Assembly: GCA_049293675.1 (NCBI GenBank)
Contig: JBAQBR010000001.1
Span: forward strand, 174,915 to 206,914
Length of the DNA stretch: 32,000 nucleotides
Source: Patescibacteria group bacterium
GTDB lineage: Bacteria; Patescibacteriota; Gracilibacteria; BD1-5; UBA2023
Direction of reading: 5' to 3'
Position 1 is the stretch's first letter. The number at the start of each line of letters is the position of its first letter. Under the pieces are notes generated by a model. It saw only the letters and a program-made list of their open reading frames with translations, did no database searches and was not told where the DNA came from. The translations under genes were made by a program, and so were the position numbers. Shown piece by piece: positions 9,242 to 21,325 of the stretch.

Positions 9242-12200
9242 TTCCTCTTTCTCTTTTTTGTAAGCATATTTTGCAATGAACCATACCATCGACGGATGAA
9301 TGATGGTTCTGGATTCATATAGAGTTCGTAGTAGACAGACTTGAGTACAAAGAGTGATATGAACGTTGTTGCAACAAGTCCGAATATGATAGTGAATCCC
9401 ATACCAGACCAGAATCTATCCTTGAGAGCAATTGGCAATATACCAAAAACTGTGGTCAGGTTCGTGAGGATCATCGGCTCCAGACGACTCGCACCAGCCT
9501 CCACAAGAAGATCTATCTGATCCATACCCTTCGCTCGATTCTTGTTGATGGCATCGATGAGGATAATTCCATGATTGACTCATATACCTGTAAACGCGAT
9601 GAATCATATACCGAAAGGCATCGAGAACTGATTGTCAGTGAGGATAAGTCCTATCATAACGAATGGCAGAGACATGATGACTGAGTACAGTATCACCGCT
9701 GATTGTGAATAACTATTGAACTGGAGCGTTAGGATGGCAAATATCGTCATACACGCAATGAAGAACGAGACTCCAACGGCCACGAGAAGTTCCTTATTTT
9801 CTTCGTTTTCTCATCCAACAGCGTAAGTTATACCCGCAGGAAAACTATATTCCTGAGCGTACGTGAGGAATGCATTCTGTGTGGATATGCTATCTACTCC
9901 AACTTCAAGGTCAGCATCAACAGTTATCTGTATTTTCCCATCCGATCTCTTGATGGAGGCAATAGCATTCTCTGGGCGTACATCGAGAAAATCCCCGACA
10001 CGATATGTCCTTCATGCGAATGCAAATGTAATACCCTGTATATCTTCTGGAGATACATCATCTTGGAATTTTTCCAGTTTTAGTACCACATCCCTATCAT
10101 TTCCGCTATCTTCTATTGTTCCAACTTTTATGCCATTGATATTCTGTGTTATCGTACCATATATGAGTGAAAATGGTATAGAAAGATCTGATAATATATC
10201 CTTTCTGAGGGTAAATATAAACTGTCCAGGAGTATCCTGTGATGAGCTACCGATATTCTTGGTACCAGGTATCTCTCTAAGTCCAGACTGAAAATCCTTG
10301 GATATCTTGATAAGTTCTGAGAGTCGCTCCGGACTATCTGCGATGAGATTGAGTCCAACTGCCTTGCCACCTGGTGGACCATTGGCAAGTGCCTCACTCG
10401 TTACCTTGAGTCACTTGGACTCGAGAGGAGCAAGCTTATGGAGAACCTCTTTTTCAAAGTCATAGACACTCATGAGTCAGAGCTCTTTGCGAGTATCCTT
10501 GAGTATGAGTTCTGTACTGATGGACGTTCTATTCTTACTGGTACTGATGGATATAGTTTTTATCTCCTTGTATCCAGCAAAAAGTGGCGGAATATCTCAG
10601 ACCATCTCTACCATCTTCTCTGTTGTTATACCAGGAGTTCCCTCGATAGCGAAGTTCACGATATTGTTATCATCCGAAGGAAAAAGTTCAAAACCAACAC
10701 GAGGCGCCAAAAGAGCTGATCAGACAAAAAAGAATACTACAGGAATCAGGATTGACTGTCGTCTGAGTGTCTTGTTCATGAGGAATTTCTTGAGTACTCG
10801 CTTGTACGAGTTGATCATCGCCTCTATAAATCTCATTCGAAAACTTCTCTCATTATCTGCGATCTTTGTTTTTCATTCACGTTCTAACTCGAGGAGTTCA
10901 CGCTCATCCTTGTCAGCATATTCGAGTATCTCCTCGTTTTCACGATACGTATTCTGCCTACGTGTAAAAAGAAGATACAGTGCACTATTCACGGTAAGTG
11001 CCAGTATGAGACCGAATGTCAGAACACCAAAAATCGTAATAGGGATATACGCGAGGAACTTGCCGAGGATACCAGGAAGTGTCATCATCGGAACAAATAC
11101 TACAATCGTTGTAGCCACTCCAGATATGATTGGTACCGCATACTCCTTGATAGCAAGCAATATAGCACTTTTTGGATTGTACCCAATCTTGATCTTGGAA
11201 CTCGCGGCCTGTACAATCACGATAATCGTATCGATAGCGATACCGAACGAGAGGATAAGAGAAAAATTCGTAAGGAAATTCAAACTATAACCCATCGCAT
11301 AGAGGAGGATAAAAGTCGCAAGGAAAGCAAGAGGAAGTGTCACACTCGCAAAAACTGCTTCCTTGAATCATACAAAGAGGTATATGACAATAAATACCAA
11401 TACAAGGGTAGTTGTCGCCTCGCGAGCAAGTGCCTTATAGTCTTCGCGAATGGTCTCGGCAAGGTCAGAACCATAGATAAATCCAAGTCCCGAAAATTCA
11501 GGTGTTTTAAATATCTCTTCAATATTTTCTTTTGCTGCATCACTTGCTGCGAAGATACTATATCAGTCTGTTTTGTTGATGGTAAGTCAGATATATTCTT
11601 TTCCACTACCACTGTCACCAACTATTACGAGATCCTGTGTGGTACTCGCATAATCACGCTCTATACGAGATATCTCTCAGAGAGTGATAGTTCATCAGTT
11701 AGGGATAGATAGTGGTGTTGATAGGAATTCGAAACTAGAAGTATTTTTTCAGGAGATACGGTAGTCATACTGCTTGTCTCCGAGAGAAAAGTTGCCAATA
11801 GGAAGGTCGAGATTGAGTGACTTGATAGTACTCGCAATAGTGTTGAGGTCTAAGCCGAGTGCATCTATCTTCTCTTTTTCAAGTATTATCTCAACATCAT
11901 AAGCATCGACACCTCCTGCCCCACCCCCAATAGGAGAAGAATCAGAACTATATCAGATATCCACACTCTCTATTCCAGGTGTTCACTTGAGGTGTTCTTG
12001 TATCTGTTTTGCCTTGTCGAGGAGGTAGGAACGACTCTCTGAATTATCCTCATCGTAGATAAGTATGGAGAAGGCACGGCTCGTATCTGTCTCTATCTCT
12101 TGAATATTGGGGTCAAGGGCATCATCAGGAAGAGATACTCGTGCGACATTACTTCGAACTTCATCGAGAACATCCTGTACAACTGCATCAGTCTTGAGAG

Positions 12201-12516
12201 TGATGACAACACTTGAGACGCCAAGAGATGATGTTGATTCTATCTTATCAATTCATTTGATATCTTTTACTTCCTTGTATATCTTGTCAGTGATAAGGCT
12301 ATCGATATCCTGCGGATTCGTTCCTGGATAGACTGTCGCTATAGATACTATACCGAGCTTGATAGACGGAGAGGATTCTTTTGGTATATTCATCGTTGCA
12401 ACATACCCCACAACTATGAGTAGGAGTACGAGAAGGTATGATATACGATGATTTTTTATCCAAAATCAGAAGAATCATGCCTCAAATTTTTCGATGAGTT
12501 CTGTTTGACGCGACAT
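9238..12516 (-). CDS. RND-family efflux transporter permease (AcrB/ACR_tran-like)
   Basis: 1092 aa, ATG 12516-12514, TAA stop 9240-9238. All 1093 triplets were scanned: about 21 TGAs, no TAA/TAG. It joins track fragments 9238..9525 and 10873..11343. The N-terminus MSRQTELIEKFEA-G-FF..NIPKESSPSIKLGIVSIATVYPGTNPQDID is typical of the family. Confidence 0.9.
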
Positions 12517-12531
12517 AGTTGATAGTTAGGT

Positions 12532-14358
12532 TTATTCTGGCTGAACCGTGAGTGTATGTTTTGTTGTATCGTAGTTTGTTGTATCAGTGAGTATCAACTG
12601 CATAGACGGATCGATGGCATCAATTGTCTCTACAAATCCTGAACGGATTGATAAGATTTTTATATTTCTTGTTGCGATAGTCTCACCAGAGAGATATCGT
12701 ATCTCTCACTCATTCTCAGCTATGATACGTACAGCTTCAAGTGGTATATTCACGAGTCCAGCCCCATCGATAGATTCCTTTGGATAGAAAATAATGGTGG
12801 CAGTCTTACCAATGGCTGAAGTTCCATCTGTAACTGACATACGCAGTGTTGAGAGGAGATTCTTCCCTGCAACAGAAGAGAGTGCTATAATAGTTCACTT
12901 ATATTGCTTATCCTCTACTGATATCTCAACTGTCTCACCAACGGAGAGAGTACGAGCAAGATTGGATTCGATATCGAGGACGATCTCTGGCTCGTTGCTC
13001 GTGAACTCTGCTATAGGTGCACCTGTAGCTACCGATTGTCCGACGCTTGTAAGAACCTTCGATATAGTACCACTTACTGGAGCACGCACAAGAAGATTAT
13101 CAGCATTGCGACGAGCAAGTTCGAGAGATATTTCTGCTGACTTCCTAGAACCATCGAGTTGTGTGAGTGTTGCGTTTCTGAGAGATTTTGCATTTTCATA
13201 GCTATTCTTCGCTTGTTCGAGGGTGAGTTCTGCATTTTTTGCTCGTTCCTGGAGGTCTATCTTGGTGCTTTCATATGTAGTCTTGAGATCCATATCGCTC
13301 GCAAGAAGAGTTACTTCATCTGGAGTAAGTGCACGATCGAGTGTTGCAATAGCAAGCTTGGTTGCTGTTTCTGTTTTTTTATAATTCTTAAAAAATGAAA
13401 CCGTCTGTCACTTCCATGCATTGTATCCTGATTCGCTTCATCCAACTTGACTCCTATATCCATTCCAAGCAAGCATCCAGGCATCTTGTTGAACTTGTGG
13501 TAGTCCACCACCGATAACATTGTTCTGGAGCATATAGAGCATCGTATCGAGGTAGTCCCTGAGTTGTGTATATCCCTGAGCAATCTGTTCGATATCTGCT
13601 TCTGGATCTTCTCGATTGAGTTCGAGTCATTTTTCGATTCGAGAACGTAATTCTCCACGAAAATTATATACAGCATTCCATTTATTTTCAGCATCAACCT
13701 TTACATTGCCTATTCTTGCACCGAGGTATGATTCCCAACTATCGTTGGTGTACTCGAAAACTGTAGTGATACCCAGTATCTTGTCTCATTCGTGGAGATA
13801 TTGTGTCATGGACTTCTCAAGTTCTGTTATATAGCTCCTGAAACTTTCATTATAAGCATCAAGGGTTTTTTTGTTTCCACTTACTGTGAGGTCATACTGA
13901 AGCGCATTGCGATCCAAAAGTGTCTTGTATGCTTGATCTGCACGTTCGTATGCGATACGAGCATTATCAACTGCACTATCGAGGTTGATACTTGTTGTCT
14001 CTCTACTTGCATTCTGCATCTTGAGAGCGTTCTCAGCCTGGGCAAGCTGAAGATCATAGTTCGTGAGAGTATCTTTGAGGCGTGCGATCACTGCTCCAGC
14101 CTTTACTTGCGAACCTTCCTTCACTTCGATCTTTGAGACTTCACCAACTCACTTGGCACCCAGAGTGAGTGTTGAGCGTGCAGTGATACGTCCAGTTTTC
14201 TCTACTTCTTCTTGGATACCATCGCTATCGAGCGAATACACATCGACAAAAAATGGGACCTTCTCCGTAGAAACTGTAACAACTGCCTCTTCTCAGAGAG
14301 AACAACTCGAAAGCACCAAAGAAACAATAAAAATGAATCCAAAAATAAGATTTTTCAT
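12532..14358 (-). CDS. efflux periplasmic adaptor (HlyD/membrane-fusion family) lipoprotein, unusually long (608 aa)
   Basis: ATG 14358-14356, TAA stop 12534-12532. Lipobox FIFIVSLVLSSC. Lipoyl-like segment GEVSKIEVKEGSQVKAGAVIARL and its partner LLVRAPVSGTISKVLTSVGQSVATGAPIAEF, separated by a long helical insert. Frame verified through 13294-13785. Confidence 0.85.
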
Positions 14359-14384
14359 ACAAGTAAACAATATCTAAAAAATAA

Positions 14385-14630
14385 TTATGCTATATTACAC
14401 TCTGACTTGAGGAGGTCGATAAATTCTTCCATATCTTCAGCCTTGATAAATCCTACGAATTTACCATATTTTGTCATCGTCATGAGTGTGTCACCCTCAC
14501 TTATCTCGAGCATATCACGGACATCTTTTGGGATGACTATCTGACCCTTGGTACCAACCGTAACAGAACCATGCATCTTGACACCAATAGTAGCCTTCTT
14601 AGGGAGGTCATTTTTCTTAGATCCGAACAT
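14385..14630 (-). CDS. AbrB/MazE/SpoVT-family DNA-binding protein
   Basis: 81 aa. The SpoVT-AbrB swapped-hairpin signature VTVGTKGQIVIPKDVRDMLEISEGDTL is present. Genuine TAA stop. It ends 26 nt upstream of the adaptor gene on the same strand. Confidence 0.8.
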   Translation of the reverse strand: MFGSKKNDLPKKATIGVKMHGSVTVGTKGQIVIPKDVRDMLEISEGDTLMTMTKYGKFVGFIKAEDMEEFIDLLKSECNIA

Positions 14631-14756
14631 AAGTGAGAAAAGTTAGAAAAGTAATACAAGTAGGTATTGTAGAAAAGAATAAGAAAAAATCAAGTTGATT
14701 TCGTGAGAAAATACATATAATAATTCTTGCATGTATTTTTTAATAATCTAATACGT

Positions 14757-15668
14757 ATGCAAGTTATCAAACGAATATTTTTCTTCCTCCTCACGAACAT
14801 AGCAGTGCTAGCACTTCTCTCTGTCGTGATGCTTGTTATCAATATATTTTTCCCAGGGCTTCTCGATGCCAATGGTGGCATGAACACTATTATTATATAC
14901 GCTGTAATATTTGGTTTTGCTGGATCTTTTATCTCACTCGCAATATCTCGATGGATGGCGAAACGCGCCTATAGCATAGTCCTACTCGACCGCAATACAG
15001 CACACCAAGATGCCAAGCTCCAAGTTGTCTGGGATACAGTCGAGCGTATATCTGTGGCAAGTAACATCTCTATGCCAGAGGTTGGATACTATGAGTCTGC
15101 AGAACCCAATGCATTCGCCACTGGGGCAACCAAGAATAGCTCCCTCGTGGCAGTCTCTACAGGACTCCTGAATCAGATGGACAAGGGTGAGATAGAGTGA
15201 GTTGTCGGTCACGAGATGGCACATATACTCAACTGAGATATGGTAACACTCACACTCCTTCAAGGCGTGATGAATACATTCGTCATACTCTTCTCTCATA
15301 TTGCTGCTCGTGCGGTATCAGCACTTCTCTCTCGAGATGGAGAAGAAAACGGCCTCTCATACCTCGCATATCATGGAGTCTACATGCTCTTCCAAGTACT
15401 ATTCGGTGCCCTTGCCATGCTCGTCATCATGTGGTTCTCACGCCTTCGTGAGTACCGTGCAGATCTCGGTGGTGCTCAGTACACGAGCAAGTCGAAGATG
15501 ATATCAGGACTCCGTAAACTCCAGAAGATGACAAAGATAGTTGATACAGAACCAAAAGATGCAAATATGGCAGCATTTATGATTACTGAGCCAGATTCAT
15601 TTTTCTCAACTCATCCATCACTGGATAACCGTATCCAAGCTCTCGAAGAGAACTACAAGCTCGCATAA
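14757..15668 (+). CDS. htpX: M48-family membrane protease HtpX
   Basis: 303 aa from ATG 14757 (the track's longer start is 14727). MQVIKRIFFFLLTNIAVLAL... NAFATGATKNSSLVAVSTGLL... E-G-VVGHEMAHILN-G-DMVT (zinc motif HEMAH; TGAs at 15198 and 15234) ...FSTHPSLDNRIQALE. Confidence 0.92.
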
Positions 15669-15674
15669 ATACAA

Positions 15675-15703
15675 AACCTCTCACAGATTTTGAGAGGTTT
15701 TTT
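15675..15703 (+). terminator. rho-independent terminator after htpX
   Basis: Stem aacctctca (15675-15683) / tgagaggtt (15691-15699), followed by a T-run. Confidence 0.8.
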
Positions 15704-15753
15704 CGTAAATAATAAGGGTAAATATATACGTTCTGGACTGTAACTCTACCCAT

Positions 15754-16194
15754 ATGAATTCTCCTGTATCAATGTGTGAGCGGTGTGACGGACTCTGTTG
15801 TCGTGTGTATGATATATTCGATCAGACAACAGGGAAACTTGTCAAAAAAGCATGAGAAAAGTGTGGATACCTCGATAGCACTAACCGCTGTCGTATACAC
15901 AAAAAGTGGGATAGACATGCAGGATACAGAGACTCTTGTGATGTATATGACTGTCTGGAAGGTGGCCCTATAGTCACGATATTCGCTCGTCGTATGCCAG
16001 AGACGACACCTATGCGTCATGCTATCATATCAAGTCTCCTTGAGTCTATCCGACTCGCCATATTAGCCAATCCTGAGTCTCGTAAAGAGATACTCCAGTA
16101 CACTGCGGAACTCCTCATGCATATACGCATAGATGAGTCACTCATCTTATCAGTAAAGGTTGCGCGCGTGAAAATAGAGGGATGGAAAGAATAA
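15754..16194 (+). CDS. YkgJ-family cysteine-cluster protein (CxxCxxxCC type)
   Basis: 146 aa. MNSPVSMCERCDGLCCRVYDIF...-G-EKCGYLDSTNRCRIHKKWDRHAGYRDSCDVYDC. One in-frame TGA. TAA stop at 16192-16194. Confidence 0.75.
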
Positions 16195-16197
16195 TAG

Positions 16198-16224
16198 AAA
16201 AATCCTCCGTTTTGGAGGATTTCC
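16198..16224. terminator. bidirectional terminator between the ykgJ-like gene and map
   Basis: Stem aaatcctcc (16200-16208) / ggaggattt (16214-16222), with A/T runs on both sides. Confidence 0.75.
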
Positions 16225-17009
16225 TATGCCTTTGTGAGTATCTCATATCCAGTCTCAGTCACGAGTATCGTATGCTCCCACTGTGCTGAGAGTGAACCAT
16301 CCTTGGTTCGCACTGTCCAATCATCTCGATCGAGCTTGGTCGCGAACTTGCCTGAGTTGATCATCGGTTCGATGGTGAATATCATCCCTGCTTGCATCTT
16401 GGGTCATGAGTTCCTGTCCGCCTTGTGGTAGACATACGGTTCCTCATGGAACTGTACACCAACTCCGTGACCTGTATATTCACGTACCACAGAGCATCAT
16501 TCTGCTTCTGCATACTTAGATATTTCGTACCCTATATTTCAGAAAAAATTCCCTGGTCGCACTTGGGCAATCCCGATTTCCCAAGATTTTTTGGCTACTG
16601 CGACGATCTTCTTGGCTGCGTCACTCACGTCTCCAACAGTATACATACGACTCGCATCACCGAAGTATCCATCGACAATCGTCGTGACATCGATATTGAG
16701 GATATCTCACTCCTTCAGTATCTCGTCTGCGCGTGGAACTCCGTGACAGATGACATCATTGAGCGAGATACACGTACAACGAGTATAGGCGCTTGCTCAC
16801 TTACCCCACTTGTTATTCCCGAGATAATCGATACACGCTGAAGTTCCCCCATTCGAGAGGATGTAGGTATTCATGATATTATCGAGCTCAAGCGTGGAGA
16901 CGCCAGGGCGGATATATTGCCCTATCATATCTAGGGTCTGTGCCGTGAGCTTTCCTGCCTTACGGATTCATGCTATCTGTTCAGGAGTTTTTATGAGAAT
17001 CTTCCCCAT
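16224..17009 (-). CDS. map: type I methionine aminopeptidase
   Basis: 261 aa, ATG 17009-17007, TAG stop 16226-16224. The frame was scanned and only TGA interrupts it. ...[12 protein letters not shown]..[23 protein letters not shown]...[15 protein letters not shown]...[10 protein letters not shown]...[19 protein letters not shown]. Confidence 0.92.
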
Positions 17010-17087
17010 AATTAGTTTTTTATAAAAATAGATTTGCAGTATAGGAAAAAGTGAATATATTGCAAGCAGTTGACAAAATAATGTATT

Positions 17088-17846
17088 ATGCTAAATAAAA
17101 ATTATAACGAACGTACTCTTTGAAATCTCGCTGACGATGCGATTGCTCACCTTACACTTCAGATGGGTGTGTCGGGGTATTCTTGAGACACGATACATAT
17201 AGCCAATAATAATGTATCCTTCTCTGTATTTGAAGCTGATGAAATGAATACCGTAAGAAAAGTGATATTACTCCTTATTGTTGCTGTATCCGACTATGAC
17301 GATGAGAAACTTATTGAGAAATGAGTTGTAGAGCTTCCAAATGACTCATACGTAACAGGGGTATCAAAAAAAGATTGAGGAGACTTATTTGAGGAATTTC
17401 CTATTACAGCAAAAGCATACTGCCTAGATTTGGCTTATAATCTCCTTGCGAGGAAACTTTCCGATAGGAATACAGCCTTATTTAGAGTACTATTTATATG
17501 TACATGTTTGGAGTTATGGAGAATGCAAATACCGCCAGAGATAATCGTATGACCAGCATGAAAAGATGTTCACTGGTGAAATGTTATATTAAATCTTACA
17601 GGAAATTTCTCTAACAACGCTCAAAAAAATCTATCAATTAATGGTTTTGGTGGTTTTATAGATTTCTTAAAGATTGAAGTAGATAAAATCTCTACTCAGG
17701 AAATTCCAAGGAATATATTAGAACACTTATATAGTAAAAACAATGTAGGCACGAAAAAGGAGTGTTCTCTTGTACAATGATACTTATCAAAGATAATGCA
17801 GGAATCAAGAAGTAGTAAACTTACCCAATTACCTCCCTCGGCTTAG
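17088..17846 (+). CDS. hypothetical protein (252 aa)
   Basis: 253 codons checked individually: 8 TGAs, no TAA/TAG, TAG stop at 17844-17846. Its 3-prime end overlaps the convergent ftsK by 26 nt. A possible promoter is TTGCAG (17034) -16- TATATT (17056). No recognisable motif. Confidence 0.65.
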
Positions 17847-20010
17847 ATCCATCAGCAGGACCAACAATTCCCATAGATTCGAGGATATCAACCACACGTG
17901 CTGCTCGACCATATCCGAGCTTCAGATGTCTCTGAAGCATAGAGGTACTACATTTCCCTGATGAGCGGACGAGTTCAATAGCCTCTTCGACAACCTTGGG
18001 ATCCTCATCTCCATACATATCACCACTTGCAGAGCCCTCATAGTTCCCTCTATCTCCGTCAACTATAGACTTGTCATATATCTCTTCGAGCATCGCAGGA
18101 TCAATAGTGCGCTTGATATGTGCAACCACACGCTCGACCTCATCTGTCTCGACGAGGACTCACTGGAGACGATTGGTTGCCATAGCACCTGTCGGGAAGT
18201 AGAGCATATCACCACGACCGAGGAGGTCTTCTGCTCCTATCTGATCGAGGATGGTTCGAGAGTCAACGTTGGATGCTACGGTAAATGCTACTCGTGATGG
18301 TACATTGGCCTTGATGAGACCTGTAATAACATCGACCGATGGACGTTGTGTTGCGAGTATCATATGGAGTCCGACTGCACGAGCCTTCTGAGCGATACGA
18401 GTAATTGCAGATTCAACCTCTTTTTTGTTGCCACTCATCATGAGGTCAGCGAGCTCATCGATGATGATGACAATCGCTGGCATCTTATCTTTCGTAGGGA
18501 CTTTTGCATTGTACTCATCGAGATTACGAGCATTCAGTGGTTTCAGTGTACTATATCGTCGCTCCATCTCTGCCACTCACCACTTGAGAGCATTGAGAGC
18601 CTTGTCTGGAGAGTTGATAACTGGCGTAAGGAGGTGTGGTATGCCATCATAGACTCCGAGCTCGACTTGCTTCGGATCCACCATGATCATACGGAGTTCT
18701 GATGGAGTGTTCTTATACAATAAGGATAGGATAAATCCATTCATCCCTACTGATTTTCCTGAACCTGTCTGTCCTGCTATGAGGAGATGTGGCATCTTCG
18801 CGAGATCTCCGACGATAAAGTCTCACTGGATATCTTTCCCGAGAGCGAGTGCAAGCTTGGACTTGTGTCCGCGGAATGCTGTATCTTCGAGGACTTCCTT
18901 GACTCCTACTGTATCACGTTTTTCATTAGGAACTTCGATACCAACGAGACCAAGTCCAGGGATTGGTGCTTGGATACGGATACTCTTGGCCTTGAGTGCG
19001 AGCGTGAGGTCTTTTTTGAGAGCTTCGATTTTAGATAATCTCACTCATTCAGATGGGCGAAGACGATACTGGATAACCGTCGGACCGACACACTCTTCCT
19101 CCATCTCGACATCGATACCGAACTGGAGAAATGTCTTTTGTATAAGGAGTGACTTTTCCTCTATCTCATCTGGAGTAACGGTGTTGATATGCTTGACCTC
19201 GTTAAGGAGTGAGAGTGATGGAAAATCCCATGCCCCAAAATCCACAGCCTTCGCAGGGGTTTTTGACTCAATAACTTTCCCTTCTGGAGTTTCGAGAGGG
19301 ACTTTTTTGGTCATAGTATCACTCTTGCCTCCACCGAACATCCCTTTGAGGAGGGCTGCTCACTTCGGCTCATGAGCTGATACTTCTGGCTTTTTTGCCT
19401 TATGGAGCTCTGCTATCTTGCGTTCGAGTTCTTCAGCTTTTTTCTTGTAGACATCATCAGACTTGGATTTGCGAACTGGGATATCCTCTTCATAGTCATC
19501 CGCAGGCAATATCGCTTCACGAACACGAGAGAACGATGGGACAGAACTCCGCACCTTGGAGAGGAGAGTACGATATGAGATACGGAGAGTGAGATAGAGC
19601 GCAGCGAAAAAAAGCACAATCAAAAGGATAAATGCACTCGAACGCCCGAGGAACTTCTCAAGGACTCACCAGATATTGAAAAAGCTCACATATTCAGCCA
19701 CATACCAACCGATGAGTGATGTGAGTGAGATATAGAATAAGAGAATCCCAACGAATCGTGCTATCGACCAACTCGCCTTCTTCACGAGTATCATGATACC
19801 GAGGAGGATGAGTATCGGTGCTGCGACGAATCTATGATACTCTCCGAAGAGATACATATCGACTTGTGTGAGATACCTACCGAATACACTTGCCTCTCGC
19901 GTCGCAAGGAACATGAGTACTCCGAGCGTGACGAGGATTCCTCATGCGAGGATATTCTGGAATTCGTATGTAAAAAATGAACGTTGTGTTGTAGTTTTTT
20001 TGCGAGCCAT
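17821..20010 (-). CDS. ftsK: DNA translocase FtsK/SpoIIIE
   Basis: 729 aa. It joins six standard-code fragments, and every junction is a TGA (7 in total). N-terminal TM segments are present. [31 protein letters not shown] (Walker A), [26 protein letters not shown] (Walker B) and a C-terminal gamma-like winged helix [24 protein letters not shown]. Confidence 0.95.
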
Positions 20011-20124
20011 GGGCGTATTATATGAAAAGTATGACTCTATGCAAAAGGAAAAAGAAATATAATTATACGCTAAAAATTAGAAATATATTGACAATCGTCT
20101 ATTTATACTATACTAATCCTTAAT

Positions 20125-21084
20125 ATGTTAAAATTCTCTCACATACCCGTTACAGATAGTATTTTAGATACTAAATGAGTATCTTATGCCAAAGGGCGAC
20201 TATGTGATACTATTGAGAGAATCATACATAGATGATGAGATCAAGAATTATCAATAAGAGAAAGTGTAAAATATTGAAGATTTTATTCAGAAGCAATAGA
20301 ACTGCTGTTTCCATGAGAAGATGATGAGATTGATGGATCTATGTCACACTTTAAAATGCTAGAAAATAGGCAAAAACTAATAGAACTCTATATCTCCCAG
20401 TGAATTAATAATCAAAAGTGAATTAATCAGGCTCTTTTGCAACAATGGCGTGAAGCACATGAATGGCGAGATTCAAGAGTCACAATTTGAGATAGATACT
20501 TTTATGAAATATCTCAAAATATACATGGAGATGTTGCATTAGCGCAGTATCCATTAGTCGATAAAGTACAAAGTGATCTATTTGGAAAAAACTGGTATAC
20601 TGTTGGTGATGTTAAAGGAGATATCATCTCATGTTATCAGGAAACCCTATGACTCGTAGCAGCCCTTCTGCGTTGATATATACTGGCATGATGAGATATA
20701 TGAGAGTTAGAAAGAGTGCTACAAGAGCTCGCAGGTCAAGGTATCAAGGGAGTTTTTGCTACAGATAGTTGAACAAAAGAAGATTCGGTAAAATCTTATC
20801 TGTGAAGCATTGATAGAACCCAAGTTCACCCAAAATATCTTTGATTCTTTATACTCTTACATCCACCAAGTCAGTGATACCAGACAGCTTACAGCTCGGA
20901 CCTAAAAGAATTTGAGTTCTGGGTTGTAGAAAAAACAGATACTGGTTTCCTAGAAAAAAGGATCCTAGGAATTCCTAGTATTGATATACCAAATATACTC
21001 AAAGAATTATGTATTTTATCTTGAAGAAGTTGAAGTTGACCAAGAATGCTTATATCAGAATATATTAAACTAAAATCCCCGTAA
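20125..21084 (+). CDS. hypothetical protein (319 aa)
   Basis: 320 codons checked individually: about 20 TGAs, no TAA/TAG, TAA stop at 21082-21084. Followed by a hairpin terminator. A possible promoter TTGACA lies at 20088. No recognisable motif. Confidence 0.7.
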
Positions 21085-21106
21085 ACCATTGCGTGGGATT
21101 TTTTCT
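21072..21106 (+). terminator. rho-independent terminator
   Basis: aaaatccc (21072-21079) pairs with gggatttt (21095-21102), followed by a T-run. The loop is rather large, so the call is moderate. Confidence 0.5.
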
Positions 21107-21204
21107 TGATTTTTCCACCTTTTTCCATAGAGTTCAGGAGTCAAAAATACGGAGCAAGATTTATCGACTTCGTCTATCGCCTTCGCTCGAAATGACAGGA
21201 ACAT

Positions 21205-21292
21205 GGAGAGGTCGCATAGTGGCCTAGTGCACACCCTTGGAAAGGGTGCGTATCGCAAGATACCGGGAGTTCGAATCTCCCTCTCTCCGCCA
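21205..21292 (+). tRNA. tRNA-Ser (anticodon GGA), 88 nt, CCA encoded
   Basis: Folded by hand. Acceptor GGAGAGG/TCTCTCC. D-arm with GG. Anticodon stem CACCC/GGGTG with loop TT-GGA-AA. Long variable arm GTATC-GCAA-GATAC (class II). T-arm GGGAG-TTCGAAT-CTCCC. Discriminator G plus CCA. Confidence 0.92.
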
Positions 21293-21325
21293 TCATATTA
21301 TTCAAATTTTTTACTATTCTCTTCT

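Noticed and set aside
10472-11290. Long standard-code ORFs from the track: 10472..11290 (+, 272 aa), 18683..19375 (+, 230 aa), 21484..22059 (-, 191 aa), 6275..6781 (-, 168 aa), 24225..24713 (-, 162 aa).
   Set aside because: Each lies antisense to, or out of frame with, a well-supported table-25 gene (RND pump, ftsK, membrane protein, 502-aa gene, LPXTG protein). Each also has a Ser/Arg/Cys-rich shadow-ORF composition.
17821-20010. ftsK and other housekeeping genes as pseudogenes broken by multiple nonsense mutations (a decaying genome).
   Set aside because: All interruptions are TGA and none is TAA or TAG. There are no frameshifts. The TGAs align with invariant Gly residues. This points to recoding, not decay.
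21205-21292. tRNA-Ser as an integration site for a genomic island or prophage.
   Set aside because: I saw no integrase, no phage-like genes and no direct repeat of the tRNA 3-prime end by eye. The neighbours are ordinary chromosomal genes.
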